Source: a virus
Direction: 5' to 3' (one strand)
DNA length: 64,000 nt
Virus record (IMG/VR): IMGVR_UViG_3300021962_000056
Coordinates: 1-64,000 of that record
Shown: in pieces, positions 18,037-28,419 of the stretch
Layout: the number at the start of each line of letters is the position of its first letter
Position numbering within the stretch: the stretch's first letter is position 1
Program-made: the position numbers and the translations under genes
The notes under the pieces: generated by a model
Database searches by the model: none
What the model was told of the DNA's origin: nothing
What the model saw: only the letters and a program-made list of their open reading frames with translations

Positions 18037-19410
18037 ATGGCTGACGAAACTCTTCAAGCATTTCAGCTCGGTGCTTCGCTGTTCGACCGCGCGCAGACGC
18101 AGAAGCGGATGATGGAGCAGATGCAGATGCAGACTGCCGATCAGTTGATGCGTCAGCGTCAGTACGATCTTCAGAACAAGATCCAGTCGAATGCTTACGC
18201 TCAGGCGTTGGAGGAGCAGGCGAATCAGGCTGCTGAGTATGATACTTTTCAGACGTTCAATCAGCAAGTGGCCGATTTCTTGAACAACTCAACTGAAGGT
18301 GGAGCAATGCCAGCTCTTCCTCGGTTCAAATCAAAGCAGTTCAATCAGCAAGCAACTCAGATCATCAATGGATTGGAGCCGTATTCTGCCCGTGCAAAAC
18401 TCATCAAAGAGCAGGCAAAGCTAGCATCGTTCACTGATCAGCTTGAAGCAGCAAGAATAGCTGAGGCTAGAAAGTACAATGCCCTGACGCGCACTTCTGA
18501 CGGGAAATATGTCATTGATGACGGTCTGATTGCACAGAAGAAATCTGAAGAAGAACAGCTTGGCAGGGCATCAAAACTTGGAAGCATTGGAAAACTTGGA
18601 ACATCAACCGTACAGAGAATGATTGATGTTGGCCAAATTCCTCAAGAAATAGCACCGCAAGCTCTTCTTGCCGCTGAAAGTTTTGAAAAGTCAAAACAAG
18701 GTGCTGTTGCTAAAAATACCGACTTGTTCATTGAAGCTGCAAAAGCAAAGGCAAAAGCATCAGGACAAGAGCTTTCTCCAGCTAAAGAAGCTGAGTTGAG
18801 ACAGACATTTATCGGCGGCGGCGGACGGCTTAAACCGCTTGAAGCCAAGACAGCGACAAAGCTGGAGGATGAATTTGCTGTCATGGAGACGATTGATTCT
18901 CTTCAAGATGGAATCGCAGAATTTGAGTCTCGTTATCCCGGCAAGAAGTTCACCGACTTTCTTGGCGCGATACCCACAACTGAAATCAAGATTCGCTCTC
19001 TTGTTCAGACCGAGAAAGATCCAATGAAACAAGACGCTCTGGAGTTGTTGGCCGATTTCATGGGCGTTGTAAATCGCACCGCAAGAACTACGTCTGGGCT
19101 GAATGTTACTGAAAGCGAAGGTAAACGAATTGCTCAGGAAATCGGTGGATCGTTCGACAAGAATTCCCTCATCAAACTCGATCAGTTTAGAAAGCGGATT
19201 GAGCGGAGTGCGCGCGGGACGATTGGTCGAAACATCGACAAATCTCTTCCGTCGTTCTACGAACGCTGGTCTACGACACCATTTGGAACTAGAACCACCG
19301 CTGCATATTCCGTTCCTGCGGTTCCGTTTCAGTCAAATGCTCAGTCCACAGAGTCGATGAGTCTTCAGGATATGCAGCGGTTAATCCAAGAGCTGGAAGC
19401 GAAGCAATAA
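18037..19410 (+). CDS. internal virion / ejection protein (medium)
   Basis: Helical, Gln-rich N-terminus; second gene of the three-gene block after the tail genes. Confidence 0.5.
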   Translation: MADETLQAFQLGASLFDRAQTQKRMMEQMQMQTADQLMRQRQYDLQNKIQSNAYAQALEEQANQAAEYDTFQTFNQQVADFLNNSTEGGAMPALPRFKSKQFNQQATQIINGLEPYSARAKLIKEQAKLASFTDQLEAARIAEARKYNALTRTSDGKYVIDDGLIAQKKSEEEQLGRASKLGSIGKLGTSTVQRMIDVGQIPQEIAPQALLAAESFEKSKQGAVAKNTDLFIEAAKAKAKASGQELSPAKEAELRQTFIGGGGRLKPLEAKTATKLEDEFAVMETIDSLQDGIAEFESRYPGKKFTDFLGAIPTTEIKIRSLVQTEKDPMKQDALELLADFMGVVNRTARTTSGLNVTESEGKRIAQEIGGSFDKNSLIKLDQFRKRIERSARGTIGRNIDKSLPSFYERWSTTPFGTRTTAAYSVPAVPFQSNAQSTESMSLQDMQRLIQELEAKQ

Positions 19411-19413
19411 TTT

Positions 19414-21849
19414 ATGCCACTTTCACAACAAGAATCTGAGCTTCTTCAGAGCCTTAAAGCCGAAGTCGCTCGGAGAATGGCGTCAAGCAATGCCACTCCT
19501 GCTCAGCCTTCTATCCCTCAATTCGAAACCGCTGCCGCTGTCGGATCGACCGCTCAGTTGAATCGGGCTGTACAACAGTCGGCCACTGTTGGCGAGATGC
19601 GTCGTCGCGAGGAGCAGGGCCTTGTTTCCGCGCTTAATCCAGAGCAGATCAGGCAAGCGACGATGAGTGACGCTGCTCGGATGGGCGAGGCAATGCAGCA
19701 AGAGGAGGCTCGTCTTGCTGCTGCTGGCGCACCGTCAATGTTTGATGAAACTGCACCTACCAAGGAAGAAGTTTCTCAAGGTGTAAGATATGGTGCAGGC
19801 CCATTGCTTCAGACAATGGGTGTTCCGTTTCCCGTTGGCCAAGCCATCGGTGAAACAGGTTATCAGTTGATGTCTGGAGAAACTAGCCCTCGAAAGATTG
19901 CGGCAGCAGCGGCAAAAGAAGCTGTCACATCTTTAGGTGGTGGGGCTGCAAAAATTTTGCCAGGGCCAATTAGAAGGAATCTTTTTGAAACTGGACAAAC
20001 ACTTCTCAGTGCTGCCGCAAAAGTTCCAATTCAAGGAGCGATGCGAGGTTTGGCCGGTGAGGCTACAAGAGCTTCAGTTGCTGGAGAAGAATGGAAGTTT
20101 GATAACTTTCTTGATGCAGCAAGAGATTACGCCGTTGGAGAAACTGCGGGAAGTCTTGCTGGTAACTTGATCGGTGCTGGATATCGCAAGTACAAAGGAG
20201 GCGGAGATTTTCTCGGTGAGTTGAGTCGTCCGTTTTACGATCAGTTTCAGAGGAACATTGCTGATAAGGAAGGGGAGCTTGCTGGTAAGCTGGCTAGGGC
20301 ATATCGAGCAGATCCAGATCAAGTGAAAAACGTTCTTGCTCAGTCTTTCAAGCAGAACTCAACCAAGTCTGGACAAGAGTTTGCCGATGCGGCTGTTGCT
20401 GATGTCGAAAAAGTATTCGGAAAACTCGACGAAGAGACGACAAACGCTTTCAGCAAGTTGGCCAACGATTACGACAAGATGGAGTCGTTGACGCTTGGTG
20501 AAGCTGTTGGAGTTGTTAAAAACACTGCACAGAGTGTTTACGACAGGAAGAATGAGGCTTTTGGAAAAGAGTTTGACACTTTTCGGGCAGACCCTCGCGT
20601 TCAATCAAAAGATTACGACAAGTCGGTTGCCAGAGGCGGTGAACTTTACGGTCCAGTTAGCGGAAAAAGTCTGAACGACCTTTGGAAAGAACAGCAGGAT
20701 GCCGCAAAAGCAATCAAGTGGGGCGAACCTGTCAAAGCTGGCACTGGCGATCAATGGGCCGCTTACAACCAAGCGAAGGCAAAGTTTGAAGATGCTCTTG
20801 GTCAGTTTGAAAAAAGGTTTCCCAAAGATCCTCTCATCCAAAATTTCAGAGACTTGAAGGATCGGTACTCTGGATTCATGGAGGACTACAATACCACTTT
20901 TTCAAAAGGAATTCTTAAGGACATCGGAGAGCAAGGTGGATCTTGGTCTTCGATCATCAAAACTCTTGGAGGTTCTGACGGCCCTGCAAAACTTCAGCAG
21001 TTGAAGAAAATTCTAGCTGAAGACTATGACGGAATTAAATCAAAGATTGGAAACACGATCTACAACGATCTAAACAAAGGAGGTCAGATCAAGTTTCTGG
21101 ATAATCTTGAAAACGCGCTTTCAAAAGGATGGAACGGACTTCAAAAAGAAGTTCTTGATGAGTTCTTTCCAAACGTAACTAGAGATGGAATCAAGCAAGC
21201 GAGAGCAGCTTTTGAAGTGTCGTCGAAAAGTTTTGCTGAAGATTTCAGGAAGGCTTCACTAGGAAAAGGTGAAGGTGTAATTGCATCTCCAGATGTTGTT
21301 CTTGAGTTCCTGAATAACTCAAAAGAGAACGTGACGAAGGTTAAAAACGCACTGAGTGCAGAGACTTTGGCTGACACTCAGAATGCGTTGCTATCTCAGA
21401 TTGTCAGCGAAGCAAGTAAGAAAGGTCCTATCACAGCTAGGTCGTTCACTCAGTCGGCGGAGTCATGGCAGAACGCTTTAGATGGAGTTTTTGGTCCTTC
21501 TGGAAAAACCAAAATCGATGAAATAGCGAAGGCACTTGAAATAGGCGAAAAGAACAAGACGTCGCTTATTTCAAAGTTACTTCCTGGGGTTGCAGGTGCA
21601 ACTGCATTTGCAAAAGGAACGACGGCTGCTGGGCCGTTTTTTGGAATTGCTGGAAGCGAAAGAGCCTATCGCTGGACTGAAAAACTTCAGTCGAAGATTG
21701 TCGGTTATCTCTTGGACAATCCGAACTATCGCGCTGCTGTCATCAAGCCATTTGACCAGCTAACGAACGCCGAGACTCGCATGCTCGACAACGACATCCC
21801 GATGATCATCCGAAATCTGACCGTCAAAACCGTCATGTCTGGCGAATGA
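19414..21849 (+). CDS. internal virion / ejection protein (large)
   Basis: 811 aa, Ala/Gly-rich helical; third gene of the block. Confidence 0.5.
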   Translation: MPLSQQESELLQSLKAEVARRMASSNATPAQPSIPQFETAAAVGSTAQLNRAVQQSATVGEMRRREEQGLVSALNPEQIRQATMSDAARMGEAMQQEEARLAAAGAPSMFDETAPTKEEVSQGVRYGAGPLLQTMGVPFPVGQAIGETGYQLMSGETSPRKIAAAAAKEAVTSLGGGAAKILPGPIRRNLFETGQTLLSAAAKVPIQGAMRGLAGEATRASVAGEEWKFDNFLDAARDYAVGETAGSLAGNLIGAGYRKYKGGGDFLGELSRPFYDQFQRNIADKEGELAGKLARAYRADPDQVKNVLAQSFKQNSTKSGQEFADAAVADVEKVFGKLDEETTNAFSKLANDYDKMESLTLGEAVGVVKNTAQSVYDRKNEAFGKEFDTFRADPRVQSKDYDKSVARGGELYGPVSGKSLNDLWKEQQDAAKAIKWGEPVKAGTGDQWAAYNQAKAKFEDALGQFEKRFPKDPLIQNFRDLKDRYSGFMEDYNTTFSKGILKDIGEQGGSWSSIIKTLGGSDGPAKLQQLKKILAEDYDGIKSKIGNTIYNDLNKGGQIKFLDNLENALSKGWNGLQKEVLDEFFPNVTRDGIKQARAAFEVSSKSFAEDFRKASLGKGEGVIASPDVVLEFLNNSKENVTKVKNALSAETLADTQNALLSQIVSEASKKGPITARSFTQSAESWQNALDGVFGPSGKTKIDEIAKALEIGEKNKTSLISKLLPGVAGATAFAKGTTAAGPFFGIAGSERAYRWTEKLQSKIVGYLLDNPNYRAAVIKPFDQLTNAETRMLDNDIPMIIRNLTVKTVMSGE

Positions 21850-22133
21850 AAACCTCCCTCTCCAAGAAAGGTAATACTTGGCGTGGCCGAAATGTAACGC
21901 TCGACTCTCCTCGGAAGATCGAAGGCGTGACGCCGTATCCGAAAAAGAAGTCTGTCTTCGTGAAGAACGACAACGGCAGGGTAATTGTCCTTCATTTTGG
22001 TGACGTTCGATATTCCGATTTCACCAAGCACAAGAACCCGAAGCGTCGGGCCAATTTTCGCTCCCGTCACAACTGCGCGGAAGCGAAGGACAAAACAACG
22101 CCCAAATATTGGGCATGCAAAAACCTCTGGTAA
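21846..22133 (+). CDS. small basic protein (FGD...FRSRHNC...YWAC..LW)
   Basis: Paralog of 56235..56480. Confidence 0.7.
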   Translation: MKTSLSKKGNTWRGRNVTLDSPRKIEGVTPYPKKKSVFVKNDNGRVIVLHFGDVRYSDFTKHKNPKRRANFRSRHNCAEAKDKTTPKYWACKNLW

Positions 22134-22138
22134 CTATT

Positions 22139-22339
22139 ATGGACAAGATGCGACTTGGTGGTGGCGGACGTTTCGAGAAGCTGGTTGGCCAGCTTGAGAA
22201 GAAGGGCGTGAAAGATCCTGCGGCTTTGGCAAGCGCAATTGGACGCAAGCAGCTCGGCAAGGCGAAGTTCCAATCGCTTGCTGCGAAAGGTCGTCGCCGC
22301 GCGATGCGGGAGAAGGAGTCTAGCTCCTCTTACGCTTAA
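22139..22339 (+). CDS. small basic protein (DP.ALA..IGRK.LG)
   Basis: Paralog of 56078..56230. Confidence 0.7.
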   Translation: MDKMRLGGGGRFEKLVGQLEKKGVKDPAALASAIGRKQLGKAKFQSLAAKGRRRAMREKESSSSYA

Positions 22340-24128
22340 AGCCGTTCGACGGTTTCTTATCAACGACGAACTTCTCTGGCTCCGCATGAGTCCATGAGAT
22401 GGTTCCAACGCCGCGCTGGATGATGATCGAGCCGACCTTCTTGTCCTCCTTGTCTCTCAATCCAGCGCGGTCTGCCCTCTTGGCCATGCCGAGCATGAAG
22501 CGGCGAGGATGATTGAATCCAAGCTCTTTCATCACAATCACCTCTCTCGCCCAGTTGGTCAGGTCTGAGCTTCCGAATCCTGAGTAGGCCAAATCTGCCA
22601 CGCTCTCAGGTTTGTCGTCCTTTCCCTTCGGCTTCGGGAAGTGATGTACCAGCACCAGGACAACTCCCGTCTCCATCATAATCGGCTGGAGCAGATGTCG
22701 CGTGAAGTTGGCGCAGACCTCGATGTCCGCAGGATTGCCGCCCATGTAGGAGAGCAGCGGATCGATGTAGACGATATCCGCCTTCGTCTTCCGAACCAGC
22801 CTACGCAGCATCGTGGCGAAATCCGCACCCGTCCGCACCGTCTCGCGGAAGAATAGCATGCCAGCTTGGCGAAGACCTTCCTGCCATCCATGTTGGCCAA
22901 AGACCGACATTGCTGCGCCTTTGAGACTGTCGTGTTGATCGGCGATGTCGTTCTCAGCTTGGATGTACGCTATCTTGAGCGGTCGTACCGGCTGCACTCC
23001 GAACCAAGCCGCCCCTCTGGCCCAGCACAGACCCTGATAGAAAGCCATCGAGCTTTTGCCGCATCCGCTCTGCCCAACGAATAGAAGCGACGATCCGCGA
23101 CGTAGCCACCTGTCTCCGATCAGATTGTCAGGATCATTCTCAGGGTCGTAGTCGATGATGCTCTGGAGCGTGAACTCCTGAGGCATGTCCTGAGACTCCA
23201 GATAGTCCGTGAACGCTTCCCAATTCACCGACCCGACATTGATGGCCAACAGCTTCTGCTCCTTGCCATCGCGCATCACACCGGCCAAGCGGCTGAACCT
23301 GCTTGCGTTCTTGTTCTTCGGATCGATGCCGAGAGCCTCTAGCTGGCGATAGACGACATCTCTCCGCTCGCCCCACTCCTCCTTGTTCGCCGCATCGACT
23401 CGCACCCATCCATGCAGACTCTTGCCGCCGGAATCGATGACGACGGAAAGCGGCAGCTTTGACTCCTTGAGAATCGTCCACTGCTCGTCCTTCGTCTTCT
23501 CATCCATCTCGACAAGGACATGTCGGAATGATGCTACGCCGGAATCTGATCCGCTTTCATCGAGACATGGATTGACTCTGACATACGCGCCACGGCTATC
23601 AGGACTGTTCCACATGGAACTAATCGGCGGCGTGAAATGATGCTTTATCCAATCATCGCGCTTGAGGAATGTACCCTTGGAAGCTGGCCTACATCTGCCA
23701 TCCTCGTCGCTTACGATATCATTGCAGATACAGACAACCTCGTCCGGTTCGAAGCATGCCTTGAGAAAATCGATGGTTGAAAATCTGAATTCCGGTTGCG
23801 GAATTGCTTGAATCTTTTGCACGACGAACTTGCCGGTAGTCGAGACTGGCGTTCCACTCTGCGCCGACAGAAGCCAGCCCTTCGGCTTGTCGTGCGCCAC
23901 GTTCATCGCCTGATTCACCTTGTGGGCCAGTTCATTGGCATTCCACGGTGGAACGCATTTCTCGTTGTACTCGGCGAGCAGTGCTTCAGCCGATCCTCGC
24001 GACAGCTCAAAGCCATGCACCAGAGCGGTGGCTACTGCGAAGGTTGCGTTATGACCGCCCTGTCCGCTGATGGCACCGGGGGTGTTACGAAGCCATGCTC
24101 GCGCACGGTCGATATTTGAATTGCTCAT
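22320..24128 (-). CDS. primase-helicase fusion (PriCT-like + RepB-type primase + AAA_25/RepA-like ATPase)
   Basis: VLVEMD, DSGGKSLHGW, DP....SR.SRL.G; Walker A GQSGCGKS, YIDPL, VHH. Confidence 0.8.
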   Translation of the reverse strand: MSNSNIDRARAWLRNTPGAISGQGGHNATFAVATALVHGFELSRGSAEALLAEYNEKCVPPWNANELAHKVNQAMNVAHDKPKGWLLSAQSGTPVSTTGKFVVQKIQAIPQPEFRFSTIDFLKACFEPDEVVCICNDIVSDEDGRCRPASKGTFLKRDDWIKHHFTPPISSMWNSPDSRGAYVRVNPCLDESGSDSGVASFRHVLVEMDEKTKDEQWTILKESKLPLSVVIDSGGKSLHGWVRVDAANKEEWGERRDVVYRQLEALGIDPKNKNASRFSRLAGVMRDGKEQKLLAINVGSVNWEAFTDYLESQDMPQEFTLQSIIDYDPENDPDNLIGDRWLRRGSSLLFVGQSGCGKSSMAFYQGLCWARGAAWFGVQPVRPLKIAYIQAENDIADQHDSLKGAAMSVFGQHGWQEGLRQAGMLFFRETVRTGADFATMLRRLVRKTKADIVYIDPLLSYMGGNPADIEVCANFTRHLLQPIMMETGVVLVLVHHFPKPKGKDDKPESVADLAYSGFGSSDLTNWAREVIVMKELGFNHPRRFMLGMAKRADRAGLRDKEDKKVGSIIIQRGVGTISWTHAEPEKFVVDKKPSNGFKRKRS

Positions 24129-24349
24129 TGGATTCCAAGTTGTTTACGCGCTAGTTCTCCAGACTTGCCAAGATCGGTCTTGGCGATTTCCTGAAGAACA
24201 GAATTTGATTTCTCTAACTTTCTGAAAAGGAGAGCCAGCTCTTTGGGCGTCATCAGGTACTTGCTCCAATGCTGGATGGCTATGGAGCGAGACTGGAACT
24301 TCGCAAAGAGCTGCTCTTGTGCGGCGATGTAATGATCAGGGCTTCGCAT
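24125..24349 (-). CDS. hypothetical protein
   Basis: Tightly packed in the minus-strand operon with overlaps on both sides. Confidence 0.5.
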   Translation of the reverse strand: MRSPDHYIAAQEQLFAKFQSRSIAIQHWSKYLMTPKELALLFRKLEKSNSVLQEIAKTDLGKSGELARKQLGIQ

Positions 24350-24521
24350 CTATCAGCACGAACTTGGCCTTGAATTCGGCTTTGGTTCGAACGTAGAGCT
24401 TTCGCTTACCTTCCCGCATGTAAACCACGCCGGACCATTTAGTTTCTCCGATCCGTATTTCTACGTCGTCGGAGAGGAGTTCAACCTCCACCGAGCTGTT
24501 TCCTGAGTTCTTGTATTTCAT
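24336..24521 (-). CDS. small SH3-like protein (DUF1653-like)
   Basis: VVY......LYVR...EF..KF. Confidence 0.5.
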   Translation of the reverse strand: MKYKNSGNSSVEVELLSDDVEIRIGETKWSGVVYMREGKRKLYVRTKAEFKAKFVLIDAKP

Positions 24522-24687
24522 CTTCGGAAGCATCGTCGAGATGGCCCACCCCAGCCGACTGCCATCCGCTGTCCGCATTGCGTTTTGGCTTTGCCGGTCT
24601 GGTCATCCACCCGCGAAGAATCGCATAGTCGATGAGGCGCGGAGCTTCCTTCAAGAGTTGTTCTCTGGAGATTTCAGATGCTTTCAT
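24481..24687 (-). CDS. hypothetical protein
   Basis: MKASEISREQLL...LIDYAILRGWMTRP; shares a motif with 29921..30130. Confidence 0.5.
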   Translation of the reverse strand: MKASEISREQLLKEAPRLIDYAILRGWMTRPAKPKRNADSGWQSAGVGHLDDASEDEIQELRKQLGGG

Positions 24688-24886
24688 CGGAGCTGCTGTT
24701 TCGTTTGATGGCACGACCGCGACGGCTGTTGGAGCGTCGCATTCCGAGTTCGGTTTGGTCTTCGCTGGCGAATCCACGGCGGATAAGCCACTCCTTGTAC
24801 TTCTTGTCGATGTACGCGAAGTCGATACGCGGGGTTGATTCATCGGCATCGGCGATTCTTACTATCTTGCTCGTATTTAGACTCAT
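24674..24886 (-). CDS. hypothetical protein
   Basis: Packed in the operon. Confidence 0.45.
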   Translation of the reverse strand: MSLNTSKIVRIADADESTPRIDFAYIDKKYKEWLIRRGFASEDQTELGMRRSNSRRGRAIKRNSSSDESI

Positions 24887-25058
24887 AGGTTTTTAGTAGT
24901 GTTTTGTATGCTTTCTGTGTGTCGGTGCAGTCGATGCACAGGTCGAAGTCTCCACCAATCGTGCATCCGCAGCCAAGGGCTTTCGCTAGTTCCTTGGAAA
25001 TCCATCTGAAATCGACCAGCTCATTCTTGAGGTCTTCTATCTCCTCGCTGTCGCTCAT
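24840..25058 (-). CDS. small Cys-containing protein
   Basis: CGC...CIDC; start refined to ATG 25058. Confidence 0.45.
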   Translation of the reverse strand: MSDSEEIEDLKNELVDFRWISKELAKALGCGCTIGGDFDLCIDCTDTQKAYKTLLKTYESKYEQDSKNRRCR

Positions 25059-25170
25059 TTGATGACGAATAGGATGAAGTACGCGCTGGTGATGACGACG
25101 CCCATCGCGAACGCGGCGATGAGCATTTGCTTCAGCTCCTCCGGCGACGGTGGCCGATTCATCCTGCGGA

Positions 25171-25632
25171 TCATCTGCCGCCTCCTTGAGCGTAATGGAG
25201 AATGAGCAGGGCGTCACAGTTCTTAAGCGTTACGTCTAGGTGAGGATACAACTCTTGCGCCTTGGCCTTGAGCTTGCGCTTCCACTCCGAATAATCCTTA
25301 CACGATGCTTTCCCGCCTAAGCCTAGAGGAGCCTGCCACACTTTGGGAGCAACTCTGTGAAGAGCGTATCCGTAAGCATAGGCAGCAGCTTCAACTCGAC
25401 CGAGGTTTCTGTGAAGTACGGCCATCGACGAGCTTTTCGTCATGGGAGACACAAAGTTCGGAAGCTCCTCAATCCATAACTCTGAGTTGGCCACCTTGAG
25501 CTGATTGATCAGCGCGCAGATGTCCGGCAATGATTCCGGCATCTTGAACAGGACGATTCCGTCCGGTGTATTGACTGCGAATCCGCCTCCGACACCAGGA
25601 TCAACGGCTATGATTGATTTAGTTTTGTTCAT
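25171..25632 (-). CDS. RuvC-like Holliday junction resolvase
   Basis: IAVDPG..GG, WIEE, V.P..WQ, DALLI. Confidence 0.75.
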   Translation of the reverse strand: MNKTKSIIAVDPGVGGGFAVNTPDGIVLFKMPESLPDICALINQLKVANSELWIEELPNFVSPMTKSSSMAVLHRNLGRVEAAAYAYGYALHRVAPKVWQAPLGLGGKASCKDYSEWKRKLKAKAQELYPHLDVTLKNCDALLILHYAQGGGR

Positions 25633-25705
25633 GTTTGTAGACTGATAGATTTCTTCGACACTCATCTTGCAAAGCGTGAATGCTCGTTTTCTTGGGTAGT
25701 AGATG

Positions 25706-26530
25706 TCAGAGAGCGCATCCACCTTCGCACTCAAAGTTGAAGGCTGATTGACCGCGCTCTCCGTCGGTCAGTTGAACCTCTTTCAGCGGGCGACAGCTCT
25801 TGTGGATGTAGAGCTTGTCGTTGGAATGTTTTGAATTGCTTACAACAACTCCTTCAACTCGAAGGGCATCGTCGATTTCAACAGCTCTAGCCCATCCATC
25901 CGAATCTGATTCTCTAAGTTGTAACCATTCATGGTCTGACTTGTACGGACAGAATACACAGGCAGAACGCGGAACCTGATGCGGGATTCCAAACGCTTCT
26001 AACCACTTCACGCAATCCGCTCTGGTCATCATCTTGTCGCAGAGCGGGAACTCGGGTTCAGACCAGTGCGGACTATTGCCTTTGATGCGTGTGGCTCGAC
26101 CTGCTTCATCGAGGCTGATTCCAAAAAGCTGTGTCAGCTTGGTTTTGATGCGCTGACCTTTTTCAAGCCCTAGAAGCTCTCTGCGAATGAATCGTTCGAT
26201 TGGAAGAATCTTGTACTCACTTGTACATTGTCTTCGTGTTATTCCAAGAGGCTCTCCCTCTTTTTGGGCTGTGAAAGCTGGTATTGCTGTAAATCTTTGA
26301 CCAGTTGAATTGACTCCATGAATCAGGTCGTTTCCAAGAATTCCAGCAGACACAACATGGATGATTGGCCCACCCAGACTCTTGAGCCACTCCATGTGGG
26401 CGTAGACTGACTTTGGCTCTTCTCCAAGATCAGCAAAGATGGCGCAATCAATCGGCGCAATCTCGCCTTTGATAGCCATGAGGTAGAGCGTCGTGGATTG
26501 TACGCCACCTCCGAGGTTCAGGATTCTCAT
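25706..26530 (-). CDS. PAPS-reductase-like adenine nucleotide alpha-hydrolase family protein
   Basis: LNLGGGVQST, FADLG.E, RQCT..YKI.PI, GISLDE..R, SACVFCPY. Confidence 0.75.
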   Translation of the reverse strand: MRILNLGGGVQSTTLYLMAIKGEIAPIDCAIFADLGEEPKSVYAHMEWLKSLGGPIIHVVSAGILGNDLIHGVNSTGQRFTAIPAFTAQKEGEPLGITRRQCTSEYKILPIERFIRRELLGLEKGQRIKTKLTQLFGISLDEAGRATRIKGNSPHWSEPEFPLCDKMMTRADCVKWLEAFGIPHQVPRSACVFCPYKSDHEWLQLRESDSDGWARAVEIDDALRVEGVVVSNSKHSNDKLYIHKSCRPLKEVQLTDGERGQSAFNFECEGGCAL

Positions 26531-26706
26531 TTGCTGTAATCCCTTATTTCGCCGCGTTTCACCTTTGAAATCCATCCAAGGCTGACCGCGTAGTCTTCCT
26601 TGATCTGCCGGTATCGTTTGCCCGACTTGATATCCTGAAGAACCTCGGAAACAACCGCTTGGGGTATGTGTCCGTTCAATGGGACGTAATTGCTAATCGT
26701 TCTCAT
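26527..26706 (-). CDS. 59-aa HTH-like protein (not in ORF track)
   Basis: MRTISNYVP...SGKRYRQIKEDYAVSLGWISKVKRG; fills the gap, ATGA overlap. Confidence 0.55.
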   Translation of the reverse strand: MRTISNYVPLNGHIPQAVVSEVLQDIKSGKRYRQIKEDYAVSLGWISKVKRGEIRDYSK

Positions 26707-26707
26707 T

Positions 26708-27067
26708 TTAGTAGCAAAGGACCGTTATTTGTTCGGCAGCGATTCTAACTGCGCTCTTGGTTTCGCCGCCATCACTCCACTTCTCAACCTTCACTCGGCC
26801 TTTGACACGCACCAGCGCGCCATTGCCGACTTCCATGATCTTTTCGGCAACCTGCCCCCATGAAGACAGCTCGAATTCATCGTAATCTTCGTGAAATCTG
26901 CCGTCCGCATCCGTCCAATGGCGAGCGATTGAAATGACGCGGCGCACCATAAGCGCGCCTGTCTTGGTTTCGGTTTGACGGCTGATTCCTCGTAGTTCGC
27001 CGATCAGATAAACCACATTCTCTGTGGGCGTGGCTGTTTCGTTTGTTGTTGTAATTGATGCACTCAT
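26708..27067 (-). CDS. ssb: single-stranded DNA-binding protein
   Basis: N.V.LIG.L, W.D.DG, WG..AE, G..V.V.GR, W...G OB-fold pattern. Confidence 0.7.
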   Translation of the reverse strand: MSASITTTNETATPTENVVYLIGELRGISRQTETKTGALMVRRVISIARHWTDADGRFHEDYDEFELSSWGQVAEKIMEVGNGALVRVKGRVKVEKWSDGGETKSAVRIAAEQITVLCY

Positions 27068-28146
27068 TGAAATACGCAACCTAGTTCTCGGTAGCACTTC
27101 ATCCGCTTCTTCGCGTGGAACGCTCCGATGGGATGAAACTTGTCCGAAAAATCAACGATTGTCGCACAGTTTTTGGTTTCTGTTTTTCGCAATGCGCGAC
27201 TCGCCCTCTGAATCGTCTTCTGCGACGACCGACCGCCGCTCACCATGATGAGCAGTTCGACATTGGGCAGATCAAGTCCTTCGTCGGCCAAACTTGTGGC
27301 AATCATCGTTCGCAGGTTTCCAGCCTTGAATTCCTCCATGTAGGCGCGCCTGTCCTTCTTCCCAATCTTGGAATGAACGAGCCGAGAATTCGGAATCCAG
27401 CTCTCGTACTCTTCTCCCAGCGTGATGCGCGGGATGAGGATGAGCGTCTGCATGTCGAGGTGTTCCAGCGCGTAGTTGATGGCGTATTGGTTTCGCTCAC
27501 GGTTCTGGCAGATGCCGATGTCCACAAGTGATTCCCAAGCGCACATGCGCTTCAGCTCTTCGTCGGTTATCCGCATGTACTTCCTGCGCGTCGTGAAAAG
27601 CCGGTCGATGTTGTCGTCAATCTTCTGCTGAAGATTCAGGTCGGTTGCGTCGCTGATTTCGAGGTATGCGTCGGCCAATGAATCCCCGATGTCGCTGCGC
27701 TTGATTTCGTAGGTGCGGTTGAAGAACAGCATTCGCGTCACCGCATTCCGCTCATCATCGTCGCACCAGGGAGTCGCATCGAATCCGTACCTAAATCCTT
27801 TGCAGGACTCGATGATGCGACGCCATCCGACAGCAGGGCTGTGCTTCGCTTCGTCAACGATCAGCAGACCCATTCCGCTGAAATCGACTGACTCATGCGG
27901 ACATCGTATCTGAACCAAATCGTCAGGAATTCCAGCAACTCGAAGTGCGGTGCGCGCTTGCTGGCAAGTCTCGCGGGTAGGAGCGAGCCAACCGCATCCG
28001 AATTTGAAATCCCATCCGATTGATTCGTAATGCTTGATGATGCTCGCGGCAATCCATGTCTTGCCGCTTCCAGCCGGTGCGATAATCAGGCCGTCGCTAG
28101 TTTTGGCCCACTCTACTGCGTTCTTTTGGTAGTATCTCAGATTCAT
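27064..28146 (-). CDS. SF2 DNA helicase
   Basis: LRYYQ, PAGSGKT, VDEAKH, ATP, EGLDLP, IQR.SR.LR. Confidence 0.85.
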   Translation of the reverse strand: MNLRYYQKNAVEWAKTSDGLIIAPAGSGKTWIAASIIKHYESIGWDFKFGCGWLAPTRETCQQARTALRVAGIPDDLVQIRCPHESVDFSGMGLLIVDEAKHSPAVGWRRIIESCKGFRYGFDATPWCDDDERNAVTRMLFFNRTYEIKRSDIGDSLADAYLEISDATDLNLQQKIDDNIDRLFTTRRKYMRITDEELKRMCAWESLVDIGICQNRERNQYAINYALEHLDMQTLILIPRITLGEEYESWIPNSRLVHSKIGKKDRRAYMEEFKAGNLRTMIATSLADEGLDLPNVELLIMVSGGRSSQKTIQRASRALRKTETKNCATIVDFSDKFHPIGAFHAKKRMKCYRELGCVFQ

Positions 28147-28227
28147 AGTTTTAGGAAATTTGCCCCTCCGCCTACTGCTTCATAGCGAGCGAAGGGGATT
28201 GTGCCGCCCACACGGGAGGCTCCGCTA

Positions 28228-28419
28228 TCATTCGTTAGCTGCTGGCGGTAGGGAAGGTACGTTCGATTGCGTCGTGGCGTACTTTCCGTCCAGCAGCTTT
28301 CGCAACGCCTGAGTAGCGAGAAAGCCGATCTTCAATCCATTCTGCTCGCAGTATCTGCGAAGCTCTTCATGGAGTGCTGAGTCGATGGTGATTACGTTAG
28401 ATTTCTTCTTTGGTTTCAT
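28228..28419 (-). CDS. ribbon-helix-helix DNA-binding protein
   Basis: VITIDSALHEELRRYC...G.....L...ALR. Confidence 0.55.
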   Translation of the reverse strand: MKPKKKSNVITIDSALHEELRRYCEQNGLKIGFLATQALRKLLDGKYATTQSNVPSLPPAANE

